Assembly: GCA_017541035.1 (NCBI GenBank)
Contig: JAFXZW010000023.1
Coordinates: 116 to 64,115 of the forward strand
DNA from: Eubacterium sp.
Lineage (GTDB): Bacteria; Bacillota; Clostridia; Lachnospirales; Lachnospiraceae
Length of the DNA stretch: 64,000 nucleotides
Reading direction: 5' to 3'
Shown here one piece after another: positions 38,527 to 48,822 of this stretch. The notes beneath the pieces are model-generated. The model was not told the origin of the DNA. It did no database searches and saw nothing but the letters and a program-made list of their open reading frames with translations. The position numbers and the translations under genes were made by a program. Numbering within the stretch: the first letter of the stretch is position 1; every line of letters begins with the position of its first letter.

Positions 38527-38630
38527 CAGGCAGTTGTCATTCTGAGGCCCAAAGGATCTTCAGGATTCTTCCCATAACCCGGAATAACAGACAGTAGTCA
38601 TTCTGAGGCCGAAGGATCTTCAGGTCCCTT
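38501..38630. repeat. About 61-bp tandem duplication of a GTCAT-type REP-like unit (family A)
   Basis: 38501-38561 and 38562-38621 both contain GAAT.ACAG.CAGT.GTCATTCTGAGGCC..AAGGATCTTC. Confidence 0.8.
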
Positions 38631-38661
38631 CGTGAAGACATAGAAAAAAGGGAGAAACAAC

Positions 38662-38901
38662 ATGCGTTTGGATAAATACCTTAAGGTATCCCGCCTGATC
38701 AAACGACGGACAGTGGCAAATGAAGCCTGTGATGCCGGAAGAGTTGCGGTAAACGGAAAGCCTGCACGGGCATCCTATGATGTGAAGGTGGGTGACGTGA
38801 TCGAGATCACCTTCGGAAATAAAACCGTGAAGGCTGAAGTTACAAAGGTTGCCGAGGCAGTCCGGAAGGAAGAAACGGCGGAAATGTTCCGGCTTTTGTA
38901 A
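38662..38901 (+). CDS. yabO: S4-domain RNA-binding protein (YabO/RqcP-like)
   Basis: MRLDKYLKVSRLIKRRTVANEACDAGRV. Confidence 0.92.
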   Translation: MRLDKYLKVSRLIKRRTVANEACDAGRVAVNGKPARASYDVKVGDVIEITFGNKTVKAEVTKVAEAVRKEETAEMFRLL

Positions 38902-39048
38902 AAATAGGTTTAAAAAATTAGGACCCGTATGAAAAAGTGCTTGCATATGGTAAAAAAATATGCGAAAATGTAATGTGTTTTTCTTTTTTCCGCATTTAAA
39001 ACGGAAATATGGCTGAAAATGGGTGATCGGGTGTTCCGGGGAGAAGGC

Positions 39049-39348
39049 ATGAATCGCAGAGCAAGAAGAAAATCAAAAAGAAGTCTGATTCTGGTGTTGC
39101 TGATCGTGATTTTCATTGCAGGCGCATCGGGGGTAAAGATCATTCAGCTGCATGAGAAGAGTGAAGAGCTTGCCGTAACGGAACGTCAACTGGAGGCCGA
39201 ACTCGAAAATGCAAAATTGGAAGCTGAGAATCTGGTGAATCGTGAAAAATACATGCAGACAAAGAAGTATGTCGAAGATGAAGCAAAAAAGAAGCTGGGA
39301 CTTGTCTATCCGGACGAGATCGTGATCCGGCCGGGAGATGGACGATAG
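39049..39348 (+). CDS. Septum formation initiator family protein (DivIC/FtsB-like)
   Basis: Basic N-terminus, TM helix, coiled coil, YVEDEAKKKLGLVYPDE. Confidence 0.8.
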   Translation: MNRRARRKSKRSLILVLLIVIFIAGASGVKIIQLHEKSEELAVTERQLEAELENAKLEAENLVNREKYMQTKKYVEDEAKKKLGLVYPDEIVIRPGDGR

Positions 39349-39431
39349 ATTGTGAGAAGTTGAGAAGGAAGGCAGTGCTGATCGGCGCTGCCTTCTTTTC
39401 TGAAGATGCGGGGTTCGGCATGGGTAAGGAT

Positions 39432-40817
39432 ATGAACCGAAGGATCAGGGAAGAGCTCCTTGGAGCAGACGGCGTATGTCCCGGGGATACGGGGATCGTA
39501 GCTGTATCCGGCGGAGCGGATTCGGTATTTCTGCTGCGGATACTGGAGAGCCTTGCAGAAGAATTGGAGCTGCGGCTCGTTGTGGTTCATGTACATCATG
39601 GGATACGCGGAGAAGAAGCTGATCGGGATGCGGCCTTTACGAAGGCTCTGGCAGCAGAGCTTGCGCTTCCCTTTCGGGAAGTGAGGGTTGATGCAGTGCA
39701 GTTTGCGAAGGATGAACATCTCTCCGTGGAAGAGGCCGCCAGGATCCTGCGATTTAAGGCGTTGAGAGAGATCAAAGCCGAGGAAGGCGCAGCATGGATC
39801 GCACTGGCCCATCACTGGGACGATCTTGTGGAAACTGTTCTTTTTCATCTGATCCGTGGCACCGGTCTGCGGGGTCTGCGGGGTATTCTTCCCCGGCAGG
39901 AGGACTGTATCCGTCCTCTTCTTTCCCTTTATCGTTCCGATATCACGGAATGGTTAAAAGAAAAAGGATACAGTTGGTGTGAGGACACTACGAATCAAGA
40001 TATTCATTATGCGAGAAACCGTATTCGCCATCGCATCATTCCGGAAATGCTTGCGGTGAACAGCGGGGCAAAGGAACATCTGCTCAGGCTGGCGGAAGAT
40101 GCGGCCTTTCGTTATAACATTATTACGGCAGAAGCTGAGAAACTCCGGGATGAGGTGATCCGACAACAGGATGGAACCGTTCTTATCACAGACATGCTTT
40201 TTGGAAAAGCATCTGCTGAAGAGATCCGGGAGGAGCTGCTTTTTTCAGAGCTGTCTGGTCTGAGCCGAGGCCGTAAGGATCTTACGGAGAAGCACCTGAA
40301 GGCAGTTTTGGAGCTGAGGGAAAAGGAAAGCGGTAAGAAGATTTCTCTTCCCTACGGGTTGGAGGCAATGCGGACTGCAGAGGGAATTCTGCTGTATCGG
40401 AGATCCGGCAATACATTTTCGATGGAACTACGGGTGGAGAGAAGACCCTACACACCGGGAGAACCCGTTCCGCGGGATGAGAGAAGTGTTTTGGTCGATG
40501 CAGCCCTGGTACACGGTGAGCCGGTACTGCGCACTCCGCAGGAAGGAGATCGGATCATACTGGGAAATGAAGGACAGGGTAAGAAGCTGCTTCGTTTTTT
40601 CACAGACCGGAAGATTCCGGATATATATCGCGGCATGTGGCCGGTTGTTGCAGATGAGGACGGTGTATTTTGGGTCGTCGGACTCAGGCTGGATATGCGC
40701 TGCCGCGTGACGGAGGATACAAAGGAAGTATTATGTCTCAGTTTTTTGGGAGATCTTCCTTATGACATAGAAAAGCAAGATGAAAAGAGGAAACCATGGA
40801 ACGCAAAAGCCGAATGA
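39432..40817 (+). CDS. tilS: tRNA(Ile)-lysidine synthetase; start approximate
   Basis: VAVSGGADS, EEAARILR, AHHWDDLVET, IRPLL, RNRIRH. Confidence 0.92.
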   Translation: MNRRIREELLGADGVCPGDTGIVAVSGGADSVFLLRILESLAEELELRLVVVHVHHGIRGEEADRDAAFTKALAAELALPFREVRVDAVQFAKDEHLSVEEAARILRFKALREIKAEEGAAWIALAHHWDDLVETVLFHLIRGTGLRGLRGILPRQEDCIRPLLSLYRSDITEWLKEKGYSWCEDTTNQDIHYARNRIRHRIIPEMLAVNSGAKEHLLRLAEDAAFRYNIITAEAEKLRDEVIRQQDGTVLITDMLFGKASAEEIREELLFSELSGLSRGRKDLTEKHLKAVLELREKESGKKISLPYGLEAMRTAEGILLYRRSGNTFSMELRVERRPYTPGEPVPRDERSVLVDAALVHGEPVLRTPQEGDRIILGNEGQGKKLLRFFTDRKIPDIYRGMWPVVADEDGVFWVVGLRLDMRCRVTEDTKEVLCLSFLGDLPYDIEKQDEKRKPWNAKAE

Positions 40818-42655
40818 GCGGATTGGTCATTTACATACTTCTGATGCTCCTGATACTGGGAATCGTAAGCGCTCTGCTGAACCGGAAGGGAAATGTAAAG
40901 ACAGACTATACCAACGCGACACTGGAGAAGGAACTGAAAGACGGGGATGTGATCAAGGTTGAGATCACTCAGAATGAGGAGGTTCCGACGGGAACCGTAG
41001 AGGTAATCCGCACCAAAGGGGATCTGGTCTATTATACCCCAAAGGTGAGTGATACCATTGATGTTCTGGAGGATGCAAAGAATAAGGTGCCGTACACGGT
41101 CAGTGATGTGAAGCGGCCTTCCATCTGGTCGAAGATCCTTCCCTATGTCTTTATCGGTGTTATGCTCCTGCTGCTCCTGGCAATGATGAGCCAGTCGGCG
41201 GGAGGTGGTGCGGGAGCCGGCGGAGTAAACAACCGTCTGATGAATTTCGGCAAGAGCCGTGCGAAAAAGGATGTCAAGACAGGCATCACCTTCCAGGATG
41301 TAGCAGGTCTTGTAGAAGAGAAGGAGGAACTCGCTGAAATCGTGGACTTCCTCCGTGAGCCGAAAAAGTATACCCAGATGGGTGCCCGAATTCCCAAAGG
41401 AATCCTGCTGGTGGGCCCTCCGGGAACAGGAAAAACCCTTCTGGCTAAGGCCATTTCCGGAGAAGCGGATGTTCCCTTCTTCTCCATTTCCGGTTCTGAC
41501 TTTGTGGAAATGTTTGTCGGCGTTGGTGCTTCCCGTGTGCGCGACCTTTTCGCGGATGCAAAGGCAAATGCCCCATGTCTTGTCTTTATCGATGAGATCG
41601 ATGCTGTAGCCCGTCGACGTGGTGCAGGACTTGGCGGTGGTCATGATGAACGCGAGCAGACTCTGAACCAGCTGCTGGTTGAAATGGACGGATTCGGCGA
41701 AAATGAAGGCATTATCGTCATGGCAGCCACCAACCGTGTGGATATTCTGGATCCTGCAATCATGCGTCCCGGTCGTTTTGATCGGAAATGTGCCGTTGGA
41801 AGACCGGATGTCAAGGGCAGGGAAGAAATACTGCAGGTACATACCAGAAAGAAGCCCCTGGGTGACGATGTGGATCTTCACGCCATTGCCCGGACAACGG
41901 CCGGCTTTTCCGGTGCGGATCTGGAAAACCTGATGAACGAAGCAGCCATCAATGCGACCAGGACCGGACGTGTTTATATTACGAAGGCCGATATTGATAA
42001 GGCATTCGTGAAGGTAGGTATCGGAACCGAGAAGAAATCCCGGCTGGTACCGGAGAAGGAACGCAGGATTACGGCGTATCATGAGGCGGGTCATGCAATC
42101 CTTTTCCATGTTCTTCCGGAAATGGGCCCGGTTTATTCGGTTTCCATTATTCCCACAGGTATGGGAGCTGCAGGCTACATCATGCCCCTGCCCGAGAATG
42201 ATAACGTATTTAATACGAAAGAAAAGATGCTTCAGGAGATTCAGGTGGATTTTGGCGGACGGATCGCAGAGGAACTGATTATCGGCGATGTAACAACGGG
42301 TGCGTCCCAGGACATTTTGCAGGCTTCCAAGGTCGCCAGAAATATGGTGGTCCGTTACGGCTTCTCGGATCGTGTCGGCCCCATCAACTATGAGACCGCA
42401 GAGGACGATGAGGTCTTTGTCGGCCGCGATATCGGACATGAGGCTCATTACAGTGAGGAAATCAAGGCTCTGATCGATGAAGAAGTGAAGAAAATCATCG
42501 ATGATTGTTATGCAAAAGCGCGAAAAATCATCGAAGAACACATGGATATCCTCCATAGCACAGCCGAATTGCTCCTGGAGAAGGAAAAGATCACCGGAGA
42601 AGAATTTGTTGCATTGTTTAATTCGCACAAAACAGAGCCGGAAACCGCCCAATAA
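40796..42655 (+). CDS. ftsH: ATP-dependent zinc metalloprotease FtsH
   Basis: Two TM segments, [19 protein letters not shown]. Confidence 0.96.
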   Translation: MERKSRMSGLVIYILLMLLILGIVSALLNRKGNVKTDYTNATLEKELKDGDVIKVEITQNEEVPTGTVEVIRTKGDLVYYTPKVSDTIDVLEDAKNKVPYTVSDVKRPSIWSKILPYVFIGVMLLLLLAMMSQSAGGGAGAGGVNNRLMNFGKSRAKKDVKTGITFQDVAGLVEEKEELAEIVDFLREPKKYTQMGARIPKGILLVGPPGTGKTLLAKAISGEADVPFFSISGSDFVEMFVGVGASRVRDLFADAKANAPCLVFIDEIDAVARRRGAGLGGGHDEREQTLNQLLVEMDGFGENEGIIVMAATNRVDILDPAIMRPGRFDRKCAVGRPDVKGREEILQVHTRKKPLGDDVDLHAIARTTAGFSGADLENLMNEAAINATRTGRVYITKADIDKAFVKVGIGTEKKSRLVPEKERRITAYHEAGHAILFHVLPEMGPVYSVSIIPTGMGAAGYIMPLPENDNVFNTKEKMLQEIQVDFGGRIAEELIIGDVTTGASQDILQASKVARNMVVRYGFSDRVGPINYETAEDDEVFVGRDIGHEAHYSEEIKALIDEEVKKIIDDCYAKARKIIEEHMDILHSTAELLLEKEKITGEEFVALFNSHKTEPETAQ

Positions 42656-42829
42656 TGTCAAAGAATCGTCAAATGGTTCTTTATTCATTGGCACAATGAC
42701 GAAAAAGAGCGCGAAAAAAAATTCATCTTTGGGCACACTTTGGGAAAAGAATATGTATAATAAATACTTGTAACCCCCCCAATACATTATAGTTTTTTGC
42801 TACACCCCATAAGTAACAAAATACCTTCT

Positions 42830-43098
42830 CCAAGATGGGCAGTCACGAAAGTGGCTGTCCATCTTCCTTTCTTGCGTGTTTCCCCGAGGCGAGCACATGC
42901 GAAGCATGTGCAACATATAGAAAGAGGGCTCAGCCGTGCTTGCACGAAGCTGAGCCCTCTTTCTATATGTGCGCATGTGCCTTTGGCACATGTATTCGCC
43001 GAGGGGCGCGACATCGACGGACGCGAAGCGTCCGGAGAGGCGTATAGGGCTCGCGGGCATTTTGACATGCCGGGAGTCCGCCCGGGCGACTTTTTTTG
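42830..43098. other. Highly structured intergenic element (family C, copy 1)
   Basis: GAAA-capped stem at about 42833-42866; perfect 22-bp inverted repeat 42913-42934/42949-42970; 83-bp segment 42993-43075 shared with 47706-47788; hairpin plus T7 at about 43076-43098. Confidence 0.75.
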
Positions 43099-43338
43099 TT
43101 CTTTTGGTTTCTTGCCCGACTGCAAAAACGCTATGATTTGTTTGAAATGCGCCTCGACAGGGGCGCATTTTTTACCGGTGAAATGCCAAGAGAAGACTTG
43201 TAATTGTCAGGCGTTAAATATAAAATTAAGGAAAGCGATCGGGTCATATAATGATTCCGCAAGCAGTCATGGATGAAATTACGAGTGAACCTGTAGGGGG
43301 CAGAGTGTCCGGATGTGATTGGATCTTAGTTTAAGATA

Positions 43339-45144
43339 TTGGAGATTAATATGTTCATCAACAAACTAAATCAGCTGTATAAACCCAAAAGATCATTATA
43401 TTACATAGATGCTTCAAAGGAGGACATAGTGTCTTTCTATAAAGGTGTGATTCCGCCATTAGTAGAAAAATACGCTGACTCCTTTGGTACATATGACTGG
43501 CCCGGTGTCTTTTTTTCTCGTCAATTGCAGAAAGAGGTTATAGGCATTGAATTCAGAAGCGGTGATCCCTGCATCGATTATCCGACTGAAATGAAATCTA
43601 TAGAGCTTGATGCGGCGTTTTATTATTCAATCGAAATCGATGATGATGCAGAGATAAGTCTTCCTTTTATCAGGAGTTTATTTGAGGAGATTGCCCGGGA
43701 AGATAATGCACACAGACTCTTCAGCGATTTACGCATAGAAGAAGACCCTGAAGTGATCAGTGTTTTTCACAGCTATAATAAATTCAGGATCCTGCATGAA
43801 TGCAAGCTTTATAACGACAGGGCGAAGTATGTTATAAACGATGATCATGATCATTTTCCCAAAGATGAGTTATACAGGATGGCATTTACAGATCCGATAA
43901 CCGGACATTATAACTGGAGTCATCTTGTGGCCTTTCTGGAAATGCCCGGAAACAGAGAGATCTATGATTATGCCTTCGCACATTTTGACATAAAGCAGTT
44001 CCGCGTAATAAATGAAGCATACGGACACATAGCAGCCAACAGGGTTCTGATCAATACGGTAAAAGCATTGAATGAAGCGGATTTCGTCTATGCAAGTGCG
44101 CGGTGTCATAATGATAATTTTGCAATGCTCATTAAAGATATGCCGGAGCCGGAACTGAAACAAAAGCTTCTGGATCTATTTGAAAAAATATCTGTGTTGG
44201 AAGAAGATCCCAATTATAAAGTCTATTACAAGTGCGGAGTTGTTCCTATGCGGCGTGCAATGCTGTCCGGAAACAGAGTTGCAGATGCAGCCAAGATGGC
44301 TCAGGCTCTGTGTACAGATCTAAAGGGAATGGAGGTGGTTTTCTTCACAGATAAAATGCATGACGACCTTTCGTGGGGTAATTACATAAAGGCCTATGTG
44401 GAAACGGCGTTAGAACAGGATGAATTCGTCGTGTATCTTCAGCCCAAAATTAGTATTTCGACGGAAAAGATAAAGGGTGCCGAAGCGCTTATCCGCTGGA
44501 ATTACAAAAACAAGGAGTTTCTATCGCCCTACAGATTTATTCCGTTTTTTGAAAAAGACGGCACTATTGAAAAAATTGATGATCTTGTTTTGAATAAAAT
44601 CTGTAAGACCATGGAACGCTGGAAAAAGGAGGGAAAACCTCTTTATCCGATTTCGGTGAATCTTTCGCGCAGCCGCATGTATGATGAACACCTTGTAGAT
44701 AAACTTACAGGCATTGTCGATTCCTATGGGGTTGACCATCACCTTATAGATTTTGAGCTTACTGAAAGCGCCACATACGATAATATGGACCGCATGTTAT
44801 CTGTTTTGCGGGAGCTCCGTGATCGCGGGTTTAAAATATCCATGGACGACTTTGGAACAGGTTATTCTTCACTGTCGCTTCTGACACAGATGCCGATCGA
44901 TACTTTAAAGATTGACAAGAGCTTTGTCGACAAGATCGCAGATGATGTTGATTGTAAAGAAGACATTATCCTTCTGCGGCATATAATCACCCTTGCAAAA
45001 GAACTTGGGTTTGTCTGTCTTGCCGAAGGAGCAGAAAGCCGCATACAGATTGACCGGTTGCGTGACCTTGGTTGCGAGGTCATTCAGGGTTACTACTACA
45101 GTAAACCGATTCCTCTTGAAGAATATGAAGAAAAGTATCTATAA
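43339..45144 (+). CDS. Degenerate-GGDEF / EAL protein (start TTG 43339 or ATG 43351)
   Basis: RCHNDNF replaces GGDEF; EAL, DDFGTGYSSL, EGAE. Confidence 0.88.
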   Translation: MEINMFINKLNQLYKPKRSLYYIDASKEDIVSFYKGVIPPLVEKYADSFGTYDWPGVFFSRQLQKEVIGIEFRSGDPCIDYPTEMKSIELDAAFYYSIEIDDDAEISLPFIRSLFEEIAREDNAHRLFSDLRIEEDPEVISVFHSYNKFRILHECKLYNDRAKYVINDDHDHFPKDELYRMAFTDPITGHYNWSHLVAFLEMPGNREIYDYAFAHFDIKQFRVINEAYGHIAANRVLINTVKALNEADFVYASARCHNDNFAMLIKDMPEPELKQKLLDLFEKISVLEEDPNYKVYYKCGVVPMRRAMLSGNRVADAAKMAQALCTDLKGMEVVFFTDKMHDDLSWGNYIKAYVETALEQDEFVVYLQPKISISTEKIKGAEALIRWNYKNKEFLSPYRFIPFFEKDGTIEKIDDLVLNKICKTMERWKKEGKPLYPISVNLSRSRMYDEHLVDKLTGIVDSYGVDHHLIDFELTESATYDNMDRMLSVLRELRDRGFKISMDDFGTGYSSLSLLTQMPIDTLKIDKSFVDKIADDVDCKEDIILLRHIITLAKELGFVCLAEGAESRIQIDRLRDLGCEVIQGYYYSKPIPLEEYEEKYL

Positions 45145-45289
45145 GAAAGAATGAGGATTATAAAGATAAAGTTCAGAAATACAGGGATATGAGACTGAAA
45201 GTGGTCAGTCGCTGAAAATGACATCAGCGACCCCTGCTTCCATAATATGATCCTGTCACCGGATGGTCATGCAAAAAGCGGATGCAGGC

Positions 45290-45841
45290 TCATTTACCAC
45301 TACGTGAGGACGTCGGATCCTCATTGTTACGGCCTGCTCTATAGCGCCCGAATAATACCCCGTCATCGACATATTTGTCCATTTCGGAAACCCAGACAGG
45401 AAAAAGTCCCGTAGCAACAGCGGTCTGTCCGTTTAACATACCGGTATGAAAAGAAAGGTGCCGGTACTGTCTTAATACCAGCTCCATTCTGGTATATTTA
45501 CAATTCTCCGGTTTTTCATACAGCATCTCATCCGTCAGTGAATCCAGATAGGATAAGGTCTTTTTTTCTATTTCATCGAGATACAGTAACAGGTCTTCGT
45601 CAGACAAAACTACATCTGTCGGATTTTCGGGATTATCCATTCCCTCCTGATGGAAGGCAGGCTCCTCGTATTCAAAGGGATTGATAAACCATTTATCTGC
45701 AGAATGCAGAGCGTGATAAACCCATCTCCAGCATGGTGCGCCCACGCATAGCGCATTTCTGTCATAAGTTTCTATAGACGTACGGATATTTCTGAAATTC
45801 GGCTGTACGGTTTCCTTGATGATCATGCATAATTCGTTCAT
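45290..45841 (-). CDS. DinB/YfiT-superfamily protein
   Basis: AAGGAGG RBS; YHALH and RHLSFH His motifs; helical; divergent from LysR gene. Confidence 0.7.
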   Translation of the reverse strand: MNELCMIIKETVQPNFRNIRTSIETYDRNALCVGAPCWRWVYHALHSADKWFINPFEYEEPAFHQEGMDNPENPTDVVLSDEDLLLYLDEIEKKTLSYLDSLTDEMLYEKPENCKYTRMELVLRQYRHLSFHTGMLNGQTAVATGLFPVWVSEMDKYVDDGVLFGRYRAGRNNEDPTSSRSGK

Positions 45842-46020
45842 ATGTATTTCCTCCTTGCACTTGTTTCAGGATATCAGGCAAATGTCCGGTCGGGCATATC
45901 ATAAATGTATATGCGGCGGAATGCCTTCATTCCGTAATTTAGGGATTGCGGAATTATCAGGATGATAGTATAATAACGCCGGATCACACATCTGTAAAAT
46001 TGAAATAAATGATAAAAACG

Positions 46021-46035
46021 TTCAATAAAATCGAA
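46021..46035. promoter_or_regulatory. Possible LysR box (T-N11-A dyad)
   Basis: TTCAATAAAATCGAA between divergent dinB-like and lysR genes. Confidence 0.4.
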
Positions 46036-46138
46036 GTGCCATTTCCGGGCTGGATTGACTTTCAGATATATATCAGATGTGCAGGAACCGGGCGGGAAAG
46101 GACGCCGGGATGAATACAGTATGAGAGGCGGTTTTGGT

Positions 46139-47011
46139 ATGACGATAACACAGCTAAGTACATTTTTAAAAATCGCGGAACTGAGGAACTTTTCGGCAGC
46201 GGCCAGCAGCCTGGGTTATGCACAGTCTACCGTGACAACGCAGATCAAACAGCTGGAGGAAGAGCTTGAATGTCAGCTTTTCGACAGATTGGGAAAGACT
46301 ATTGTTCTTACGCCTCAGGGCGAGAGACTTATAACCTACGCCGAGAGGATGCTTCAGCTGGAACGGGAGATACATCTTGAAATATCCGATGAGGAAGAAC
46401 CGACAGGGGTATTAAAGATCGGCGTATCCGAATCTTTATGTTATAATCGCGTACCTAAAATTTTAATGGAATATAAGAAGGCGGCTCCGGGAATGGATAT
46501 TCAGCTTACCTTCATAACACATGAAACATTTCCTGACATGCTCCAAAAAGGGGAGCTGGATATGGTATATACCCTAAACCCGTATATGGAGGATGACAGA
46601 CTGACAATGCTGTATAAGAAGGAGGAGTCTCTCGGCTTTTTTGTTTCACCGGATCATCCGCTTGCGGGGAAGGAGATAAAAGAGAAGGACCTTTCCGATT
46701 ATCCGCTGCTGCTGACCGGGCATAACTGCAGCTTCAGGCACATGCTCCTGACAGATCTATCAAAGTGCGGCATGGACCCGAATCCGCTGATTGAGACGAG
46801 CAGCAAGGAGGTCCTGAAGCAGTTTGCGGCCAATGGGCTCGGCATTGCTTTTATTCCGGACATGACAGCAGTAAAGGAAGTGGAGAATGGAAGCCTGAAA
46901 AGACTGGACTGGAAAGGAAATGCCTTCCCGATCTATTCGCAGATATTTGTTCATAAAGATAAATATGTCGGGAAGGCGATCAGCACCCTTAACGATATCA
47001 TAAAAAAGTAA
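46139..47011 (+). CDS. LysR family transcriptional regulator
   Basis: NFSAAASSLGYAQSTVTTQIKQLEEEL...LFDR. Confidence 0.93.
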   Translation: MTITQLSTFLKIAELRNFSAAASSLGYAQSTVTTQIKQLEEELECQLFDRLGKTIVLTPQGERLITYAERMLQLEREIHLEISDEEEPTGVLKIGVSESLCYNRVPKILMEYKKAAPGMDIQLTFITHETFPDMLQKGELDMVYTLNPYMEDDRLTMLYKKEESLGFFVSPDHPLAGKEIKEKDLSDYPLLLTGHNCSFRHMLLTDLSKCGMDPNPLIETSSKEVLKQFAANGLGIAFIPDMTAVKEVENGSLKRLDWKGNAFPIYSQIFVHKDKYVGKAISTLNDIIKK

Positions 47012-47096
47012 CGGTGAATAAAGACTACAGGCCGGCAGCCGTTGATGTAAGGTATACCGTGTTATGGATAGTGGAAGAAAGGTTGAGGCTGAAATA

Positions 47097-47612
47097 ATGA
47101 GTATTTTGTTGGAAACGGACAGATTGATAATAACGGAGATGACGATGGACATGGCGATGGATGTCCATCAGAATTCATTGGATGAGGACACAAAAAGATT
47201 TGTGCCGGATGAAGTCTTTGAGACCTTGGAAGATGCAAAGGAAACGATTGAATTTCTGATATCTCAGTACGGAGGCGCAGAAGGCCCGCTGGTCTATGCG
47301 GTGATCACGAAAGATGGGAACAGAAATATCGGTTATGTCCAACTGGTTCCCATTGCAGACGGGAAATGGGAAATCGGATATCATGTCGCAAAGGCATTTA
47401 CCGGTAAGGGGTATGCGACAGAAGCGGTGAAGGCATTTCTGCCTGTGATAACAAAGCGGGTTGGTGTTTCCGAAGTGTACGGGATCCGTCTTTTGGAAAA
47501 TGCGGCATCCGGACGTGTATTGGAGAAGTGTGGATTTGAGACCTTCTTTACCGGAAAAGGCGAATATCACGATGGAATTTATATGATCAGTAAAGGTGTT
47601 TGGAAAGCGTAA
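47097..47612 (+). CDS. GNAT acetyltransferase (RimJ/RimL type)
   Basis: LETDRLII, EIGYHV...GKGYATEA, ENAASGRVLEKCGF. Confidence 0.9.
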   Translation: MSILLETDRLIITEMTMDMAMDVHQNSLDEDTKRFVPDEVFETLEDAKETIEFLISQYGGAEGPLVYAVITKDGNRNIGYVQLVPIADGKWEIGYHVAKAFTGKGYATEAVKAFLPVITKRVGVSEVYGIRLLENAASGRVLEKCGFETFFTGKGEYHDGIYMISKGVWKA

Positions 47613-47649
47613 TCCTGACACAGTTTTCGAAAAAAGGACGGAAAAAGAA

Positions 47650-47788
47650 GGAACAGGCAGGGCTTTGCTTGCACAAAGTCCCGCCTGTTCCTGTATGTAG
47701 GCCATTATTCGCCGAGGGGCTTAGGCATCCACGGACGCTTCGCGTCCGGAGAGCACATCGGGTTCGCGGGCATTTTGACATGCCGGGA
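47650..47788. repeat. Structured element family C, copy 2
   Basis: Hairpin 47650-47691 with TGCTTGCAC apex, then an 83-bp segment homologous to 42993-43075. Confidence 0.8.
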
Positions 47789-47799
47789 TTCTACCCTGA

Positions 47800-48822
47800 T
47801 TACTTGGTCTCGCCAAGGTACGCTTCGAGAGTGATCCCCTTGTCCATGATCTCCTTTGCGATGGCAGGATCATCGATGTATCGGAAATGCCACGGTTCAT
47901 AGCTGTACCCGGTTTCGGCGTCCTTACCTTCAAGATAACGAAGGATGAATCCGTATTTCGCCAGTTTTTCATGGACCTTGGCGAAGATCTCACGTTCTGC
48001 GATCATGGCATCATTATCATCGATCCGCTTTCCATCCTTATCCAGACAGACATCGATGGCGAGTCCGGTGTGATGCTCCGAGTATCCGGGCACAGCCACA
48101 TATTTCTTCACATAATCTTCGCCCTTCTCCACTGTCCAGTCATCCCAGAGCTTCTGCTGCTCTGCGACACTTCTTGTTGTGCTATCCAGTTCGATATATA
48201 TCCCTTCATCCGCAAGTTCCTTCTGCAGCCAGGTGAACTGCTCCAGGGCTTTCATCTCCACCTTGTACTTCTCCCCGTAGCGATTTGTAGCTTCTTCGAG
48301 AACCACATTACTCTCCCAGTCATCCGGGAGTTTATGTGTTTTATTTACAAGAACGAGATAATCATATGCATTTTCGGCATCCATGTCTTTGAATACAGCA
48401 TAATACTCCGCATTCCCGTCTATGGTAATGGTGGTCTTCGCATCGGTTGAGTATTCCGCTCCGTTCTTAGTCCATCGTAAGAATTTCAGGTTCTTTCCCG
48501 TTTCCGGTTTTGCTTCCAGAACATACTTTGCTCCGCCTGCACCGGAGAACTGCAAGGTCTGTACCGGAAAGTCATCTTTGAACTTGATCTCCTCACCCTC
48601 TTTGGCATAGGCGATCACAGTGCCGGAGGTAGTATTTACATTGATGGTACCGGAGGCCGATGCATTTTGTGCGGGATCGGAAGATGTGGATTCGGAAGAT
48701 GTGCCGGATGTTGATGATGTAGAACTGTTGCTGCCGCAACCCAAAAGGGATAAAGTCATACAGCCGGCTGATACAAGGATAAAGAGTTTCTTTTTCATTT
48801 TTTTACTTTGATCAAATCGCAT
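47800..48822 (-). CDS. Lipoprotein M15B carboxypeptidase (VanY/LdcB family)
   Basis: Lipobox LLGC; Ser-rich linker; SEHHTGLAID and EPWHFRY. Confidence 0.88.
   Translation of the reverse strand: MRFDQSKKMKKKLFILVSAGCMTLSLLGCGSNSSTSSTSGTSSESTSSDPAQNASASGTINVNTTSGTVIAYAKEGEEIKFKDDFPVQTLQFSGAGGAKYVLEAKPETGKNLKFLRWTKNGAEYSTDAKTTITIDGNAEYYAVFKDMDAENAYDYLVLVNKTHKLPDDWESNVVLEEATNRYGEKYKVEMKALEQFTWLQKELADEGIYIELDSTTRSVAEQQKLWDDWTVEKGEDYVKKYVAVPGYSEHHTGLAIDVCLDKDGKRIDDNDAMIAEREIFAKVHEKLAKYGFILRYLEGKDAETGYSYEPWHFRYIDDPAIAKEIMDKGITLEAYLGETK

Noticed and set aside
40740-40817. hpt remnant in the TilS tail (LPY)
   Set aside because: A three-residue match is not significant.
42770-43100. tmRNA, RNase P RNA, SRP or HEARO/omega RNA
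   Set aside because: No tRNA-like ends, no GAGGAAAGUCC, no SRP loop. The CCGAGGGG likeness to HEARO is in the wrong order and there is no IscB ORF.
42787-43276. Overlapping ORFs on both strands downstream of ftsH
   Set aside because: They arise from palindromic sequence, with no RBS or recognisable domains.
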